Positions 50,683 through 63,886 of a DNA stretch of 64,000 bases are shown piece after piece. The notes below the pieces were generated by a model. It saw only the letters and a list, made by a program, of their open reading frames with translations, was not told the origin of the DNA and made no database searches. Both the position numbers and the translations under genes were made by a program. Source of the DNA: Octopus vulgaris (lineage: Eukaryota); contig OX597818.1 of the NCBI GenBank assembly GCA_951406725.2, positions 133,982,001-134,046,000 on the forward strand, written 5' to 3'. Position 1 is the stretch's first letter. Every line of letters begins with the position of its first letter.

Positions 50683-51153
50683 GTGAACTAAATATCAAAT
50701 TTTCGTTATAGAAGTTGTTTGCATTCGATTCTAAGGAATTGAGTAACAGTGACAGCGAAATAATAATTATTGTTGATTAGCATCGGTCAGTTTTATGGAG
50801 ACAAATCGAAAACATAAGTGTTTCAGAAACAACCGCCTGTCCTGTACTGAGAACATAGTTGTAAATTGTTTAATATTCTGGATTGATCTAAATTTAATCA
50901 TCTGAGGAGTTCCACTTCCGGGAGTTGTCCCGTATTCATTGTGGATATACTCACGGACTCAGAATACATCGGAGCTGTTACACTATGAGGACGAATTTCA
51001 TGAGAAAAAATTTGGTTACTAAATCAAGAAACTACGAAGGTGAGGTAATTCTATAGAACAGTTAGCAGCGTAACGTTCTGATATAATTTGATACGTATCT
51101 ACTATAATCTATTGAGGCAATTATGCGGATAAAGAAATTAGATATATTCAATA

Positions 51154-51571
51154 CTAGCAGCATAGCCCGGCGTTGCCCGGGTATGTAAGAGCCCCTAGTA
51201 GGCAACGACTAATCCCAATCTAGTTCTTTCCCTCTAGGGAACGAAGGCGCATGTGTAGGTAGGTTGCAATGTCTTCTCTTCACTCGAATACTTCTATGTA
51301 TACGATGTTCCTAGCTGTCTCCCAACAGAAAATGTGTTGCATATAAAAAGCTTAGATTCTCGACCCCATGTCGAATTTATCGATTTTTTTCAGAACTGGG
51401 GGAACTTTTCAAAATTTTCGCTGCGTTAATTTTGAATTATGACATTGGGCTATGTGTGTGTCAAGTTTCATCAGAATCGGTTGAAAGCCGTGGTCAGGGT
51501 GATGGTACAACCTGACAGCCACACAGACACACAGACAGACAAACTGCCGTTTATATATATATATAGAGAGA
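51154..51571 (-). mobile_element. non-autonomous Helitron family H2
   Basis: Minus strand TC start, CCCGGGCAACGCCGGG hairpin, CTAG|T end. Confidence 0.85.
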
Positions 51572-51999
51572 TAATAGTTTGGGTATGAAATACAAAATAT
51601 GTATCACCCAAACTATTATATTTAATATATCCAATTTGTTTATCCACATAATTGCCTCTATATCCGCTCAACCTCATCCCTCTTATAGCCATTCTTTACC
51701 TTGCGGAATCAATTCCTTGTAAAGACATCGGATTCTAAGTTTGAATCTTTTGAACACTACTAATTGTCTCTGGATTTCATCTGAGTAATATATACTATAA
51801 ATTATTGTGAATTTAGATTATTTTGTAAATAGAAGTATGGGTACAACTTCGATTTTCCGAAGCCTTTCTTCCGAAGTCATTCCTGATCACTAATTTATAC
51901 ATACATAGATACATACATACATACATACATACATACATACATACATACATACATACATACATACATACATACATACGTACATACATACATACATACATA

Positions 52000-52244
52000 C
52001 ATACATACATACATACATGCATATATTTATATATATGCATGTATGTATGTATCCATTCGCCATGATAGATCGCTAGCCACTAGACATTCTTTATTTTCTT
52101 TCTGTGTTCCTTTTTGTGGAAGAGCGTAGGCTCGAAACGTTAAAGACTTTTTCACTTCCCGAGCGTTATACTAATACATCTGTCTGTTGTCTACACTAGC
52201 TGTCTTCGTGCTTTTTTTGTGAATTCTCCCTTTATGCATGTATG

Positions 52245-52300
<56 letters not shown>

Positions 52301-52302
52301 CA

Positions 52303-52336
<34 letters not shown>

Positions 52337-52370
52337 CACATATATATATATTCATATATATAAATGTATG

Positions 52371-52408
<38 letters not shown>

Positions 52409-52440
52409 TATATATAAATATATATATGTATGTATGTATG
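52000..52440 (+). repeat. repeat with degenerate hammerhead motif; inverted copy at 57860-58320
   Basis: ~200-bp complex core plus matching microsatellite architecture in both copies. Confidence 0.85.
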
Positions 52441-52830
52441 AATCAGGAGTGGTAACTTTGGTCAGCACACTCTAAATTAAATAAACATTAAATTTATTTA
52501 AATAATTAAATGAAATACAGGTACAAGTTCATTAACACTGGGTACCAGTAAACAAGTCTGGTGGCCACGATAATTTATAGTTCCTGCTCGTAAATTAATG
52601 CGGATTATATGAAGTTCTGGACTATCAATATCCGGAAAATTTTTGTTGTACCTATTTCTCGAATTCTTTCCTTTAACGTATTCCGTAAAACTTATGTGAA
52701 GATATCAAATAAATAACTGCCATATGATATATCATAGGTTCGTGGGGACTGTAGAGATTGTCTTGGTTGTTTCAGTGTAACTGTTGATCACGTACTAATG
52801 TCTTTCCTTGACAACTATTGTTTAGCTTCA

Positions 52831-53213
52831 GGAGGCGCAATGGCCCAGTGGTTAGGGCAGCGGACTCGCGGTCATAGGATCGCGGTTTCGATTCCCAGAC
52901 CGGGCGTTGTGAGTGTTTATTGAGCGAAAACACCTAAAGCTCCACGAGGCTCCGGTAGGGGATGGTGGTGATCCCTGCTGTACTCTTTCACCACAACTTT
53001 CTCTCACTCTTACTTCCTGTTTCTGTTGTACCTGTATTTCAAGGGGCCGGCTTTGTCACTCTCTGTGTCACGCTGAATATCCCCGAAAACTACGTTAAGG
53101 GTGCACGTGTCTGTGGAGTGCTCAGCCACTTACGCGTTAATTTCACGAGCAGGCTGTTCCGTTGATTCGGATCAACCGGAACCCTCGTCGTCGTAACCGA
53201 CGGAGTGCTTCCA
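52831..53213 (+). mobile_element. SINE family A1
   Basis: TSD GTTTAGCTTCA. Confidence 0.95.
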
Positions 53214-53445
53214 CATTGTGGTTTAGCTTCAATTAAGCCCATACATATATCATAATTATTTTGGTTTGTATTTTTGCCACAAAGTGTTCTCTGGATTACA
53301 GTATCCAATGTGCCGCTTAAGATGATAAGGAGAGATTTGAGAGAAATTTATTTGGCTGCTAATGCAAGCAGGTCGAGCGACAACTCAAGGTCTCCATCGT
53401 CCACTTCTTGTAACTTTAGTTTTTTTTCAATATTTCTGTCCACAA

Positions 53446-53641
53446 GTTGGCGCACAGGCATAATCATTAGCAGCCGATCAAAATGCTTAGCGGCATTTCG
53501 TCCGTCTTTACGTTCTGAGTTAAAATTTTGCCGAGGTCAACTTTGCCTTTCATCCTTTCCGGGGTCAATAAAATAAGTACCATTTGAGCCCTGGGGCAAA
53601 TATAATGAACTTGCTGGTCTTGTACCAAAATTTGAAACCAA
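53446..53641 (+). mobile_element. SINE family B variant
   Basis: B core plus ...CCAAAATTTGAAACCA tail. Confidence 0.75.
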
Positions 53642-53749
53642 TATTTCTGCCAACAGAAATAGTGCATGTGCCCGATCTATTGTTATTTTACGGTTTATGT
53701 AACTGTTTAATTGTCATTGTACGGATACATGTAACTGTTTTATTGTAAA

Positions 53750-54146
53750 CTAGCAGTATCGCCCGGCGTTGCTCGGGTTTGTAAGGGAAATAACTATATA
53801 AGCAATTTTAGACAGTTATAGCAAAAAAATAGCAAAAAAAAGCATTAAAAAATGGAAAAAAAATTATGGTAATTTTTTTTTAAATCGTTGACTCATCGTA
53901 GACATTTTTAGAGAGTTACTTCCCTTATATAATATCGAAAAAATGCATTAAAATGGAAATAAATGATGGTAATTTTTTTTTAAATCGTAGACTCATCGTA
54001 GACGCGCGCTAATACCCAGAAGGGCTCGATATGAATCACGACTATAAGATACCCGGTTTTGGTTAAACTGCACCGCAAAATGTGGGAGTAGTTAGGAATC
54101 TAAATCGTAGGAGACAGACACACAACTTCTCTTTTATATATAAAGA
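53750..54146 (-). mobile_element. Helitron H1
   Basis: Reverse complement of 31699-32090. Confidence 0.9.
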
Positions 54147-54423
54147 TGTAGAGATGTATGTAATGAATCTATTGCGACTTTACAGCATAAACGAGACTGT
54201 TTTATTACAACTGCTAATTTTTATTTGTCTGAGTTATTGTGATTGTAGAGATGTGTCTGGCTATTTTAGTGTGGCTGTACAGTCTGAACATGGTCGTTTT
54301 ATTGTAGTTGCATAGATGTTTGTGGATGTTTAAATGTGATTGCACTGATTATAAGATATTACATTTATTGGGTTAAATGCGTAATTGTACTAAAATGATT
54401 TTGAAATATATATATGGTATGTA

Positions 54424-54808
54424 TGGAAGCACTCCGTCGGTTACGACGACGAGAGTTCCGGTTGATCCGAATCAACGGAACAGCCTGCTCGTGAAATTAA
54501 CGTGTAAGTGGCTGAGCACTCCATAAACACGTGTACCCTTAACGTAGTTCTCGGGGATATTCAGCGTGACACAGAGAGTGACAAGGCTGGCCCTTTGAAA
54601 TACAGGTACAACAGAAACAGGAAGTAAGAGTGAGAGAAAGTTGTGGTGAAAGAGTACAGCAGGGATCACCATCACCCCCTGCCGGAGCCTCGTGGAGCTT
54701 TAGGTGTTTTCGCTCAATAAACACTCACAACGCCCGGTCTGGGAATCGAAACCACGATCCTATGACCGCGAGTCCGCTGCCCTAACCACTGGGCCATTGC
54801 GCCTCCAC
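54424..54808 (-). mobile_element. SINE family A1
   Basis: Near-identical to the other A1 copies. Confidence 0.95.
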
Positions 54809-55164
54809 AATATATAAATGAGTGGGGTTGTGACTGTATGTTAATGATATAAAAGATTTGAGTTTAGGAAGAATTTTGAGATCAAGTTTTCAGGATGAGT
54901 GGCGTATAGATGATGATGTATATTGTTGTGGAACTTGGAACTTTATAGATTAAATCAAGTGTCTGTAAAATCTGTTTCTTGAATTTTTATTTATATTTTA
55001 CACCATTTAATAAAAAAAAAAGAACAATTCACACAGCATTACTAATATCTTAAGTTAAAATTGAAACTTATTTGTAATGACTGAGACGGCTGGATTTCAA
55101 TGTCTGTATCCTCTATATCTCAATGTCATAACATTATGTTATCGTACGCGTATATATCATAAGT

Positions 55165-55548
55165 GTGGAGGCGCAATGGCCCAGTGGTTAGGGCAGCGGA
55201 CTCTCGGTCATAGGATCGCAGTTTCGATTCCCAGACCGGGCGTTGTGAGTGTTTATTGAGCGAAAACACCTAAAGCTCCACGAGGCTCCGGCAGGGGATG
55301 GTGGTGATCCCTGCTGTACTCTTTCACCACAACTTTCTCTCACTCTTACTTCCTGTTTCTGTTGTACCTGTATTTCAAAGGGCCGGCCTTGTCACTCTCT
55401 GTGTCACGCTGAATATCCCCAAGAACTACGTTAAGGGTACACGTGTCTGTGGAGTGCTCAGCCACTTACACGTTAATTTCACGAGCAGGCTGTTCCGTTG
55501 ATTGGATCAACCGGAACCCTCATCGTCGTAACCGACGGAGTGCTTCCA
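55165..55548 (+). mobile_element. SINE family A1
   Basis: TSD ATATCATAAGT. Confidence 0.95.
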
Positions 55549-55577
55549 TCATATCATAAGTAAATTGTGTCTTTTAA

Positions 55578-55935
55578 AGGCGCAGGCGTGGCTCTGTGGC
55601 AGGAAGTTTGCTTTCTAGCTACATGGTTCCGAGTTCAGTCCCACTCCGAGGCACCTCGAACAAGTGTCTTCTACTATAACCTCGAGCCAACCAAAGCCTT
55701 GAGAGTGGATCTGCTAGTCGGAACCTTAAAGAAGCTCGTCGTACATGTAAATGTGAATATATGTATGTGTGTGTTTTTGACCCCCCACCATCGCTTGACA
55801 ACCGGTGTTGGTGTGTTTAAGAGACCGATACAATAACTACCAGGCTTTACAAAAATAATAAGTACTGGGTTCGATTCATTCTACGAAAATTCTTCAAGGC
55901 GGTGCAGTCAAGTGACTAAAACAAGTAAAAGAAAA
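55578..55935 (+). mobile_element. SINE family C, diverged
   Basis: Colinear with 56178-56591. Confidence 0.8.
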
Positions 55936-56177
55936 GCTAGTCAGAAAATAAGCTGTTCGAATCCACGGGAATCCTTCAAAAGGAAGTTGCGCGAGTGAGA
56001 AATGAACAGGACATCCATAGGATATCGAACCCTCATAGTTTACGTTTACGTTACAGAATGTCACATGAATATAGATGGGTAAATTTAATGATTTCGTTTA
56101 TTCTTCGAAATATCTGAAACTGAATTAAATACGTTTATTGGTCGTCATTTCACAATTAAAGAAGAAAAAAAACGTTG

Positions 56178-56591
56178 ATAGGCGCAGGAGTGGCTGTGTG
56201 GTAAGTAGCTTGCTAACCAACCACATGGTTGCGGGTTCAGTCCCACTGCGTGGCATCTTGGGCAAGTGTCTTCTGCTATAGCCCCGGGCCGACCAATGCC
56301 TTGTGAGTGGATTTAGTAGACGGAAACTGAAAGAAGCCTGTCGTATATATATATATGTGTGTGTGTGTGTATTTGATTGTCTGTGTTTGTCCCCCTAGCA
56401 TTGCTTGACAACCGATGCTGGTGTGCTTACGTCCCCGTCACTTAGCGGTTCGGCAAAAGAGACCGATAGAATAAGTGCTGGGCTTACAAAGAATAAGTCC
56501 CGGGGTCGAGTTGCTCGACTAAAGGCGGTGCTCCAGCATGGCCGCAGTCAAAATGACTGAAACAAGTAAAAGAGTAAAAAGAGTAGAGAGT
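56178..56591 (+). mobile_element. SINE family C, full length
   Basis: TGGCTGTGTGG A box, GGTTCAGTCC B box, CTTGGGCAAGTG CORE-like motif, internal microsatellite, (GTAAAAGA)n tail. Confidence 0.93.
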
Positions 56592-57140
56592 AAATGTGTT
56601 ACTGAGAACGAGTCCTTGATGTTCTGTAAACACAAGGTAGTTTTTATAGTTTGTAATTGCGTCACCTCAGTTGTACTAATTGTGGAGAGATCAGCCGCAA
56701 AAGTGACATCGAGAGAAAGTGAATGCAAAAAATGTTAAGTCCCGTACAAGAAACAATGAAACATTTGACCGGAATCATTCTCCTTGGCCACCTCCCCGCT
56801 CCCTGGAAGAGAAAGACGTCAAAACAGTATGAAGTTAATTGAGAATTGGGCATAAGAAAATATCACATGTTTTTCTTTAGCTCAATCTGAGCAAAACAGT
56901 AACACTAAGTCATTATTTGCTTGAGGGTCACCCATGTCATGTTTTCGTCATGTCTTGGTGATTGTGGTGAACGTCTTGTTGATCTGGGTCAAACAAAAAT
57001 GTTTGATTAGAGTTTCAGCCGTGCCCACCACAGCTTTCCTAAAAGCATGTCTTCATTGTCTTAAAAGACAGTAAATGTTTTAATAAAAGACATTTCAAAA
57101 TTTTATCATTAGATGTAATGCAAATACATCTCTTTCTTTC

Positions 57141-57526
57141 TCTCTCTTTTACTTGTTTCAGTCATTTGACTGCGGCCATGCTGGAGCACCGCCTTTAATC
57201 GAGCAACTCAACCCCGGGACTTATTCATTGTAAGCCCAGTACTTATTCTAACGGTCTATTTTGCCGAACCGCTAAGTGACGGGGACATAAACACACCAGC
57301 ATCGGTTGTCAAGCAATGCTAGAGGGACAAACACAGACACACATACACACAGACACACATATATATATATGTACATATATACGATGAGCTTCTTTCAGTT
57401 TCCATCAACCAAATCCACTCACAAGGCTTTGGTCGGCCCGATGCTATAGTAGAAGACACTTGCCCAAGGTGCCACTGAACCCGGAACCATGTGGTTGGTA
57501 AGCAAGCTACTTACCACACAGCCACA
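57141..57526 (-). mobile_element. SINE family C
   Basis: Reverse complement of family C. Confidence 0.9.
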
Positions 57527-57804
57527 TACATATATATATTTACATACATACATAATAATTAAAAAACAGAAGAGACTACACACATACATCCATACACATG
57601 CACGCACACACACACACACGCGCACACACACACGCGCGCACACACATGCACACACATGCACGCACGCACGCACACACACACACACACACAGTTGTTACGA
57701 TTCCGCATTCTCACTGCAACGGCCGAGGTTCGTTTCGCCGCTTGTGAAATAACTTTTCCACCTGACCACAGCTTTGGTGCTAAAGTGTATAAAAGTGTAT
57801 AAAA

Positions 57805-57839
<35 letters not shown>

Positions 57840-57859
57840 CAGGTGGAAAGGTTATATAT

Positions 57860-57916
57860 ATATATGAATATATATATATATAAATACATACATACATATA
57901 TATATATTTATATATA

Positions 57917-57954
<38 letters not shown>

Positions 57955-57982
57955 CATTTATATATATGAATATATATATATG

Positions 57983-58076
<94 letters not shown>

Positions 58077-58283
58077 CATTAAGGGAGAATTCACAAAAAA
58101 AAACTCGAAGACAGCTAGTGTAGACAACAAACAGATGTATTAGTATAACGCTCGGGAAGTGAAAAAGTCTTTAATGTTTCGAGCCTACGCTCTTCCACAA
58201 AAAGGAACACAGAAAGAAAATAAAGAATGTCTAGTGGCTAGCGATCTATCATGGCGAATGGATACATACATACATATATATAA

Positions 58284-58316
<33 letters not shown>

Positions 58317-58320
58317 TGTA
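57860..58320 (-). repeat. inverted copy of 52000-52440
   Basis: GGGAGAATTCACAAAAAA...CATGGCGAATGGATACAT is the reverse complement of 52024-52230. Confidence 0.85.
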
Positions 58321-58625
58321 TCTATCTATCTATCTATAAATAAGTAAATATTCTAACGGTGGTGCTCTATGACCGCAGCTTCAAAGCGCGCACACAGGCA
58401 GGTGAGTATATTGGTGCAAAACAAGGTGGGGAGAAAATAGAACTCAAATACCAAAGGTAGAGTAAAATACTATTTTGTTGAATCCGAAAAAAAGTCACAA
58501 ACTCTTATTCAGAATTTCAAGTAACAGTTTATCAGACACTTATGATAACACAAATAAATAAAATAATTCTTAAATTGTCAGTGTACATAAGTGTTCATGG
58601 ATACCAATTCAACGAATAAGCATTA

Positions 58626-59123
58626 CCGTAAATCCTCGTGTATAATCCAAAATTTAAAGGTCAAAATCCCTAGTGCGTACTATATACGAGGTTAAAAATG
58701 AAAATTATTTTCTAAGCAATGTCCGAGTCTCTATTTGCTGTCCGGCAATGGTTATTCAGACGCATTTTGTGATATCGGGCGCAAAAATACCTTAAGCTAA
58801 GCCTGAAAGCAATGAAGTCATAAATGAATCATCCATAACTTGCAGTAAGCAACATTTATTAAACGTTATTACTATCATTTCTTTATTTTCTGCAAACAAA
58901 ATGCACAAAAAACTACACGTTTGCATTATGTTATATATACAATAATAATAAAGGACGTTACCGTATACCTTTTTATTAGCCAAAGACGTTATATAGACCT
59001 CCTTGACTCAAGTTAGAGAAGGGGTGCGTATTATGCACAAGGTTTGGATTTTTCAGAGGTACAGCGCCCTAAAAATCCCCTGCATATTATACTCAAGGGC
59101 GGGCTATATTCAAGAATTTACGG
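58626..59123. mobile_element. Tc1/mariner-superfamily (pogo/Tc2-like) MITE
   Basis: TA|CCGTAAATCCTCG...CAAGAATTTACGG|TA. Confidence 0.8.
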
Positions 59124-60064
59124 TAATTATTATCCAGATAAACAACCAGACGGAGGGATAGATACGTTGATCCCTCCATCCATGCATCCATTAATCCATC
59201 CATCCATATGTACGTACGTACAGAATATTGTTATTTGGAACAGACAACTAAAATGTTTGTACCGTCATAGAGGTCAGCTGTTCTGCTGATGTGAATATCT
59301 CTTTGAAACTTCCAGTTTCTATATCCAGATGATAAATTTTCATTTATACCGATAATAATCAGTACACTTGGTTTTGCCAGTAAATCCCTAAGTGACAATC
59401 TGGATAATATAGGGTTTTCAGATAAATAGAAGAAGAAAACAACTATCACATTACAAATACTGTGGAACAATAAAGATATACAAGACATTTCTCAAGTTTA
59501 AAACGTGACATTGATTTTGTTCCAACGATGGGGCTTTGTATGTTTGTCAGAAACCAGCTCCTTCCTCAAAGAAAGAATTCCAATAATTAAAAGTTGAAGA
59601 GAGCATATAAACATACATATGCATTCATACATACATACATCATACATACATACATACATACATACATACATACATACATACATACATACATACATGCATA
59701 CATACATGCATGCATCCATGCATGCATCCATACGTACGTACATGCATATACAGAGGGATATTTTTAGATGTATATGTGTGCGCGTGTGTGTATTTGTGTA
59801 TTTATGTATGTATGTATCTATGCATGTATTTACGTATGTATGTTTGTATGTTCTCTTCTACTTTTAATTATTTAAATTCTTTCTCTGAGGAAGGAGCTGG
59901 TTTCTAACAAAGATACAAAGCCCCATCGCTGGAATGTAGATAACAAAATCAAAATGTATCTGTATGTGTGTACACACACACACATACATACATACATACA
60001 TACATACATACATACATACATACATACATACATACATACATACACACATGTTTATATAAAGAAA

Positions 60065-60076
60065 TAGATGGATAGG

Positions 60077-60161
<85 letters not shown>

Positions 60162-60175
60162 GTGTGTGTGAGTGT

Positions 60176-60246
<71 letters not shown>
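60065..60246. repeat. compound microsatellite (GATA)n(GT)n
   Basis: Direct inspection. Confidence 0.97.
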
Positions 60247-60249
<3 letters not shown>

Positions 60250-60729
60250 AGCTACGGCATAATTTTGATCAACCGCGTTGCCCCATTACATGAAGACTAC
60301 TGATCTCACTGGATTCACAAAAAGACTGGATGCAATTCCATCCAGAGCACCCGTCTCGCCAAGAAACATGTACATTAGATTCAGAAGACTTCAGTTTCTG
60401 GAGCCCCTAAGTTTTGCCATCTTAATAACTATATTTCAGTAGCTAACACTAACCGTAGCTGGACTGCATTTTGAGTATTATAGGTTTGCCATTGGTCAAT
60501 TTCTTTCGGGTAGAATGTCAAAATGCTGAATGTCTCCACGATCTTTTTATTTATGAGCCTGTTGATAAAGCGAAATTCATTAAGTACCTAGGTTGTTCAT
60601 ATGACAATGTTCGAAATCCCTTAGGTTATGACTGGTACAGATTTAGTATCATATAAGTTGGGGCTCATCGCAACTTTTACTGTAATTTCCTTATCATTGC
60701 GTACATGGCATTTCTAAAATTTGTATGTG

Positions 60730-60967
60730 AGATTGCTGGGTCCTTGGGACCAGTATCAGAAGACATCAAGAGGAATATAAAAGAAATTGGGATACAGTGC
60801 CCAGTAGAACGGTTACAAAAGGTTTGCCTCCTTCGCACGGCCAGAATAATCCGGAAAGTATTTAGTAGCTGAAAAGAACTAATAGCATGGTACCGTAGGA
60901 TGCAGGTAGTAAGCCTGCTATGCATGCAAGACTCCAGGAGTTCCGACAAAACCTGTGAAAAAGAGAA

Positions 60968-61015
<48 letters not shown>
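60730..61015 (+). mobile_element. RLE-type (R4/Dong-like) LINE 3' end with (TAA)n tail
   Basis: IAGSLGPVSEDIKRNIKEIGIQCPVERLQKVCLLRTARIIRKVFSS-stop, short UTR, (AAT)n. Confidence 0.7.
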
Positions 61016-61016
<1 letters not shown>

Positions 61017-61280
61017 TAAAGTATAGAAGCCATCTTATCATGGCTAACCACATAGGGGAGGGGGTGTTACTGTAGCTTTATAGTCCCAAGAGATCGTCGT
61101 CTCTAGCTGGCTTTAGACACCATATCAGTGCCCTTGAAGTATTTGCAAATACTTCAAGGGCACTGATATGGTATCTAAAGCCAGCTAGAGACGACGATCT
61201 CTTGGGACTATAAAGCTACAGTAACACCCCCTCCCCTATGTGGTTAGCCATGATAAGATTGCTTCTATACTTTACATTAT
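61011..61280. repeat. 270-bp spacerless palindrome
   Basis: 135-bp arms centred at 61145/61146 (TTTG|CAAA), 2 mismatches by eye. Confidence 0.95.
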
Positions 61281-61329
61281 CGAGCGATTACTGTTTCAAT
61301 CTCATTCTGAGATTTAATTAATAATAATA

Positions 61330-61398
<69 letters not shown>

Positions 61399-61932
61399 CA
61401 ACGTTTATATATTTGTTTTGCAAGATTTTTGATGTGAAATCCTGTGTTGAAACAGATATTATTGTATTTAAGAATGGTCATTTTGTCAGTTTAGCCAATA
61501 AAAAACAGCGTTATTAATTTTTTACATTAATCTTAATGGTATTTCGGGCCAGAGTTCTTTCGACACACTCCTGTGATCGCATCAGTGGTCTTTTGCTTTC
61601 TTCTTTCTTATTTGTGTGTCTCTCCTTACAAACCGTCAGCCATTTTGTATTTTGTATTTCTATTGTATGTGTCTTCATTTGCGCATGCGTATATCTCTAT
61701 GTGTGTCTATGTTTAGTTAGTGTGTGGGGGGGGGAGTGCCTGCAATATTTGTATCTCCTGTTTATATACGTTCGTGTAATGGCCGAAATAAGATTAAGGT
61801 AGGTTAATGTAAAAAATTAATAACGCTGAAGCAAAGTAACACCAAATATATAGTGCGTGTGTTTTTATTGGCTAAACTGGCAAAATGACCATTCCTAAAT
61901 ACAACAACAGCAACAACAACAACAACAATAAC

Positions 61933-61991
<59 letters not shown>

Positions 61992-62645
61992 TGATGATAA
62001 TAATAATAATAATAATAATGATACTTTCTACTACAAGCACAGAGCCCAAAGCACTCCACTTTCCACACGTTATAAGAATGATCATTATTTCCATTATTGG
62101 TTAACATTTCGACATCACCGTTTCTACTCATTTATTTTCAAGTTACTTTAAGAATTAGAGAAATTTCCAGTTTTAAAGATTTCAAATGCAACAAAGATTT
62201 TCACATTCACTTACCCTGTGGGCTTATTTAATATACTAGAATTAACAGTCCGCGACAGCATCGAGGATACTTTTGAATTTTTGCCACCAACCAATCATTT
62301 CCTTGGCCCTAAACACCCCGGAAAGCGAGGGAGCTCGCTGCGAAGTTCATATCCTGACTATTTTTTTTTTCCCCTCTGTAAGGAACGTTTACGTAAATAT
62401 ATGACATTTTCAGGCTTAAATTACGAAATAAGCTCCAGATATTGAACCCCTATTAGAAGCACAATGCACCAGAAACTGGGCAATGCTATACATATTGGAA
62501 AACAATTTCATTTAGTACATGAAAGAACTTTTCATGAGAAAGTTAGTGTTCTATTCACTTTGGAAAGTTTGTGCAGTCAGAGCTCTCTCTTGACAGTCGG
62601 CAAATGCTTAAGTTGTCTACACATACACACACGTGTGTGTGTATA

Positions 62646-62733
<88 letters not shown>

Positions 62734-62860
62734 GATAAAACCACTATTATGGAAATCAAACAATGAAAAACATAAGCCAATACATAAAATTAATTAATTT
62801 ATATTATTTTAAATATATATCAAAAGTATTAAAAGTTTAATAAAAGATAATGAGTAAAAC

Positions 62861-62930
62861 ACTACGATCGTTTCATGGCTGTCCAATTCGTAATAATTCG
62901 AGTTATGGTTACAGTCAATCTTCAGGTAAT
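62861..62930 (-). ncRNA. type I hammerhead ribozyme candidate
   Basis: Minus strand ATTAC-CTGAAGA-T-TGACTGT...ACAGCCA-T-GAAAC-GATC-GTAGT; stem I fully paired, stem II 6/7. Confidence 0.5.
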
Positions 62931-63209
62931 TGAAATATTTATCTTAGCGAGGTTTAACGATATATATATATATATGAGAGAGAAAGAGTGAAAGAGAGAA
63001 AGAAGAGTGAAAGAGAGTGAGAGAGATTGGTTAGTTGGTTGATTTAGTCACCTGATCTAGTCACCTAAAGGTCAATCGGACCGCCTTGCGGCTGTTAAGA
63101 ATCTCAGGCACATGTAAGTCATTAAGGAACTGGATTATAAATTTTGCCTCGTGCGTCTTCAGCTGCAGATCATTGGCTAAAAAACCCTGATATGAGTCAT
63201 CTAATGGTG

Positions 63210-63385
63210 TAAGAGTGCATGGCTTAGTGGTCAGGGTATTGGACTCATGATCGTAAGATGTTGATTTCGATTCCTGAACGGAGCGATGCATTATGTTCTT
63301 GAGAAAAATGCTTTATTTCACATTATTCTAGTCCACTCAGTCGGCAAAATGTGTATACCTGCTACGGACCCGTTTAGTGGGGTGG
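63210..63385 (+). mobile_element. tRNA-headed SINE, diverged relative of 6947-7192
   Basis: TGGCTTAGTGG...TTTCGATTCC...TGTTCTTGAG. Confidence 0.7.
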
Positions 63386-63516
63386 TAGGGATATCATATG
63401 TGACTAGCTAAGACTCTGCGAATCACATAGAAAAGAAGAATTAATTGCGAGATGGATAAACGGAAGTGTCGTTTAAATGGTTAATTCGAGGGGCAGGAGA
63501 TTTCATTGTAAGTGGA

Positions 63517-63886
63517 TGGAAGCACTCCGTCGGTTACGACGACGAGGGTTCTGGTTGTTCCGAATCAACGGAACAGCCTGCTCGTGAAATTAACGTGTAA
63601 GTGACTGAGCACTCCACAGACACGTACACCCTTAACGTAGTTCTCGGGGATATTCAGCGTGACACAGAGAGTGACAAGGCCGGCCCTTTGAAATACAGGT
63701 ACAACAGAAACAGGAAGTAAGAGTGAGAGAAAGTTGTGGTGAAAGAGTACAGCAGGGATCACCACCATCCCCTGCCGGAGCCTCGTGGAGCTTTTAGGTG
63801 TTTTCGCTCAATAAACACTCACAACGCCCGGTCTGGGAATCGAAACCGCGAGTCCGCTGCCCTAACCACTGGGCCATTGCGCCTCC
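63517..63886 (-). mobile_element. SINE family A1 (small deletion in head)
   Basis: TSD TCATTGTAAGT. Confidence 0.95.

Noticed and set aside
50900-51050. Possible downstream exon of the candidate secreted-protein gene
   Set aside because: No convincing acceptor and no recognisable protein in any frame
62210-62360. Minus-strand exon ending at a GTAAGT donor (~62214)
   Set aside because: Stops in all frames across the candidate exon; no partner exons
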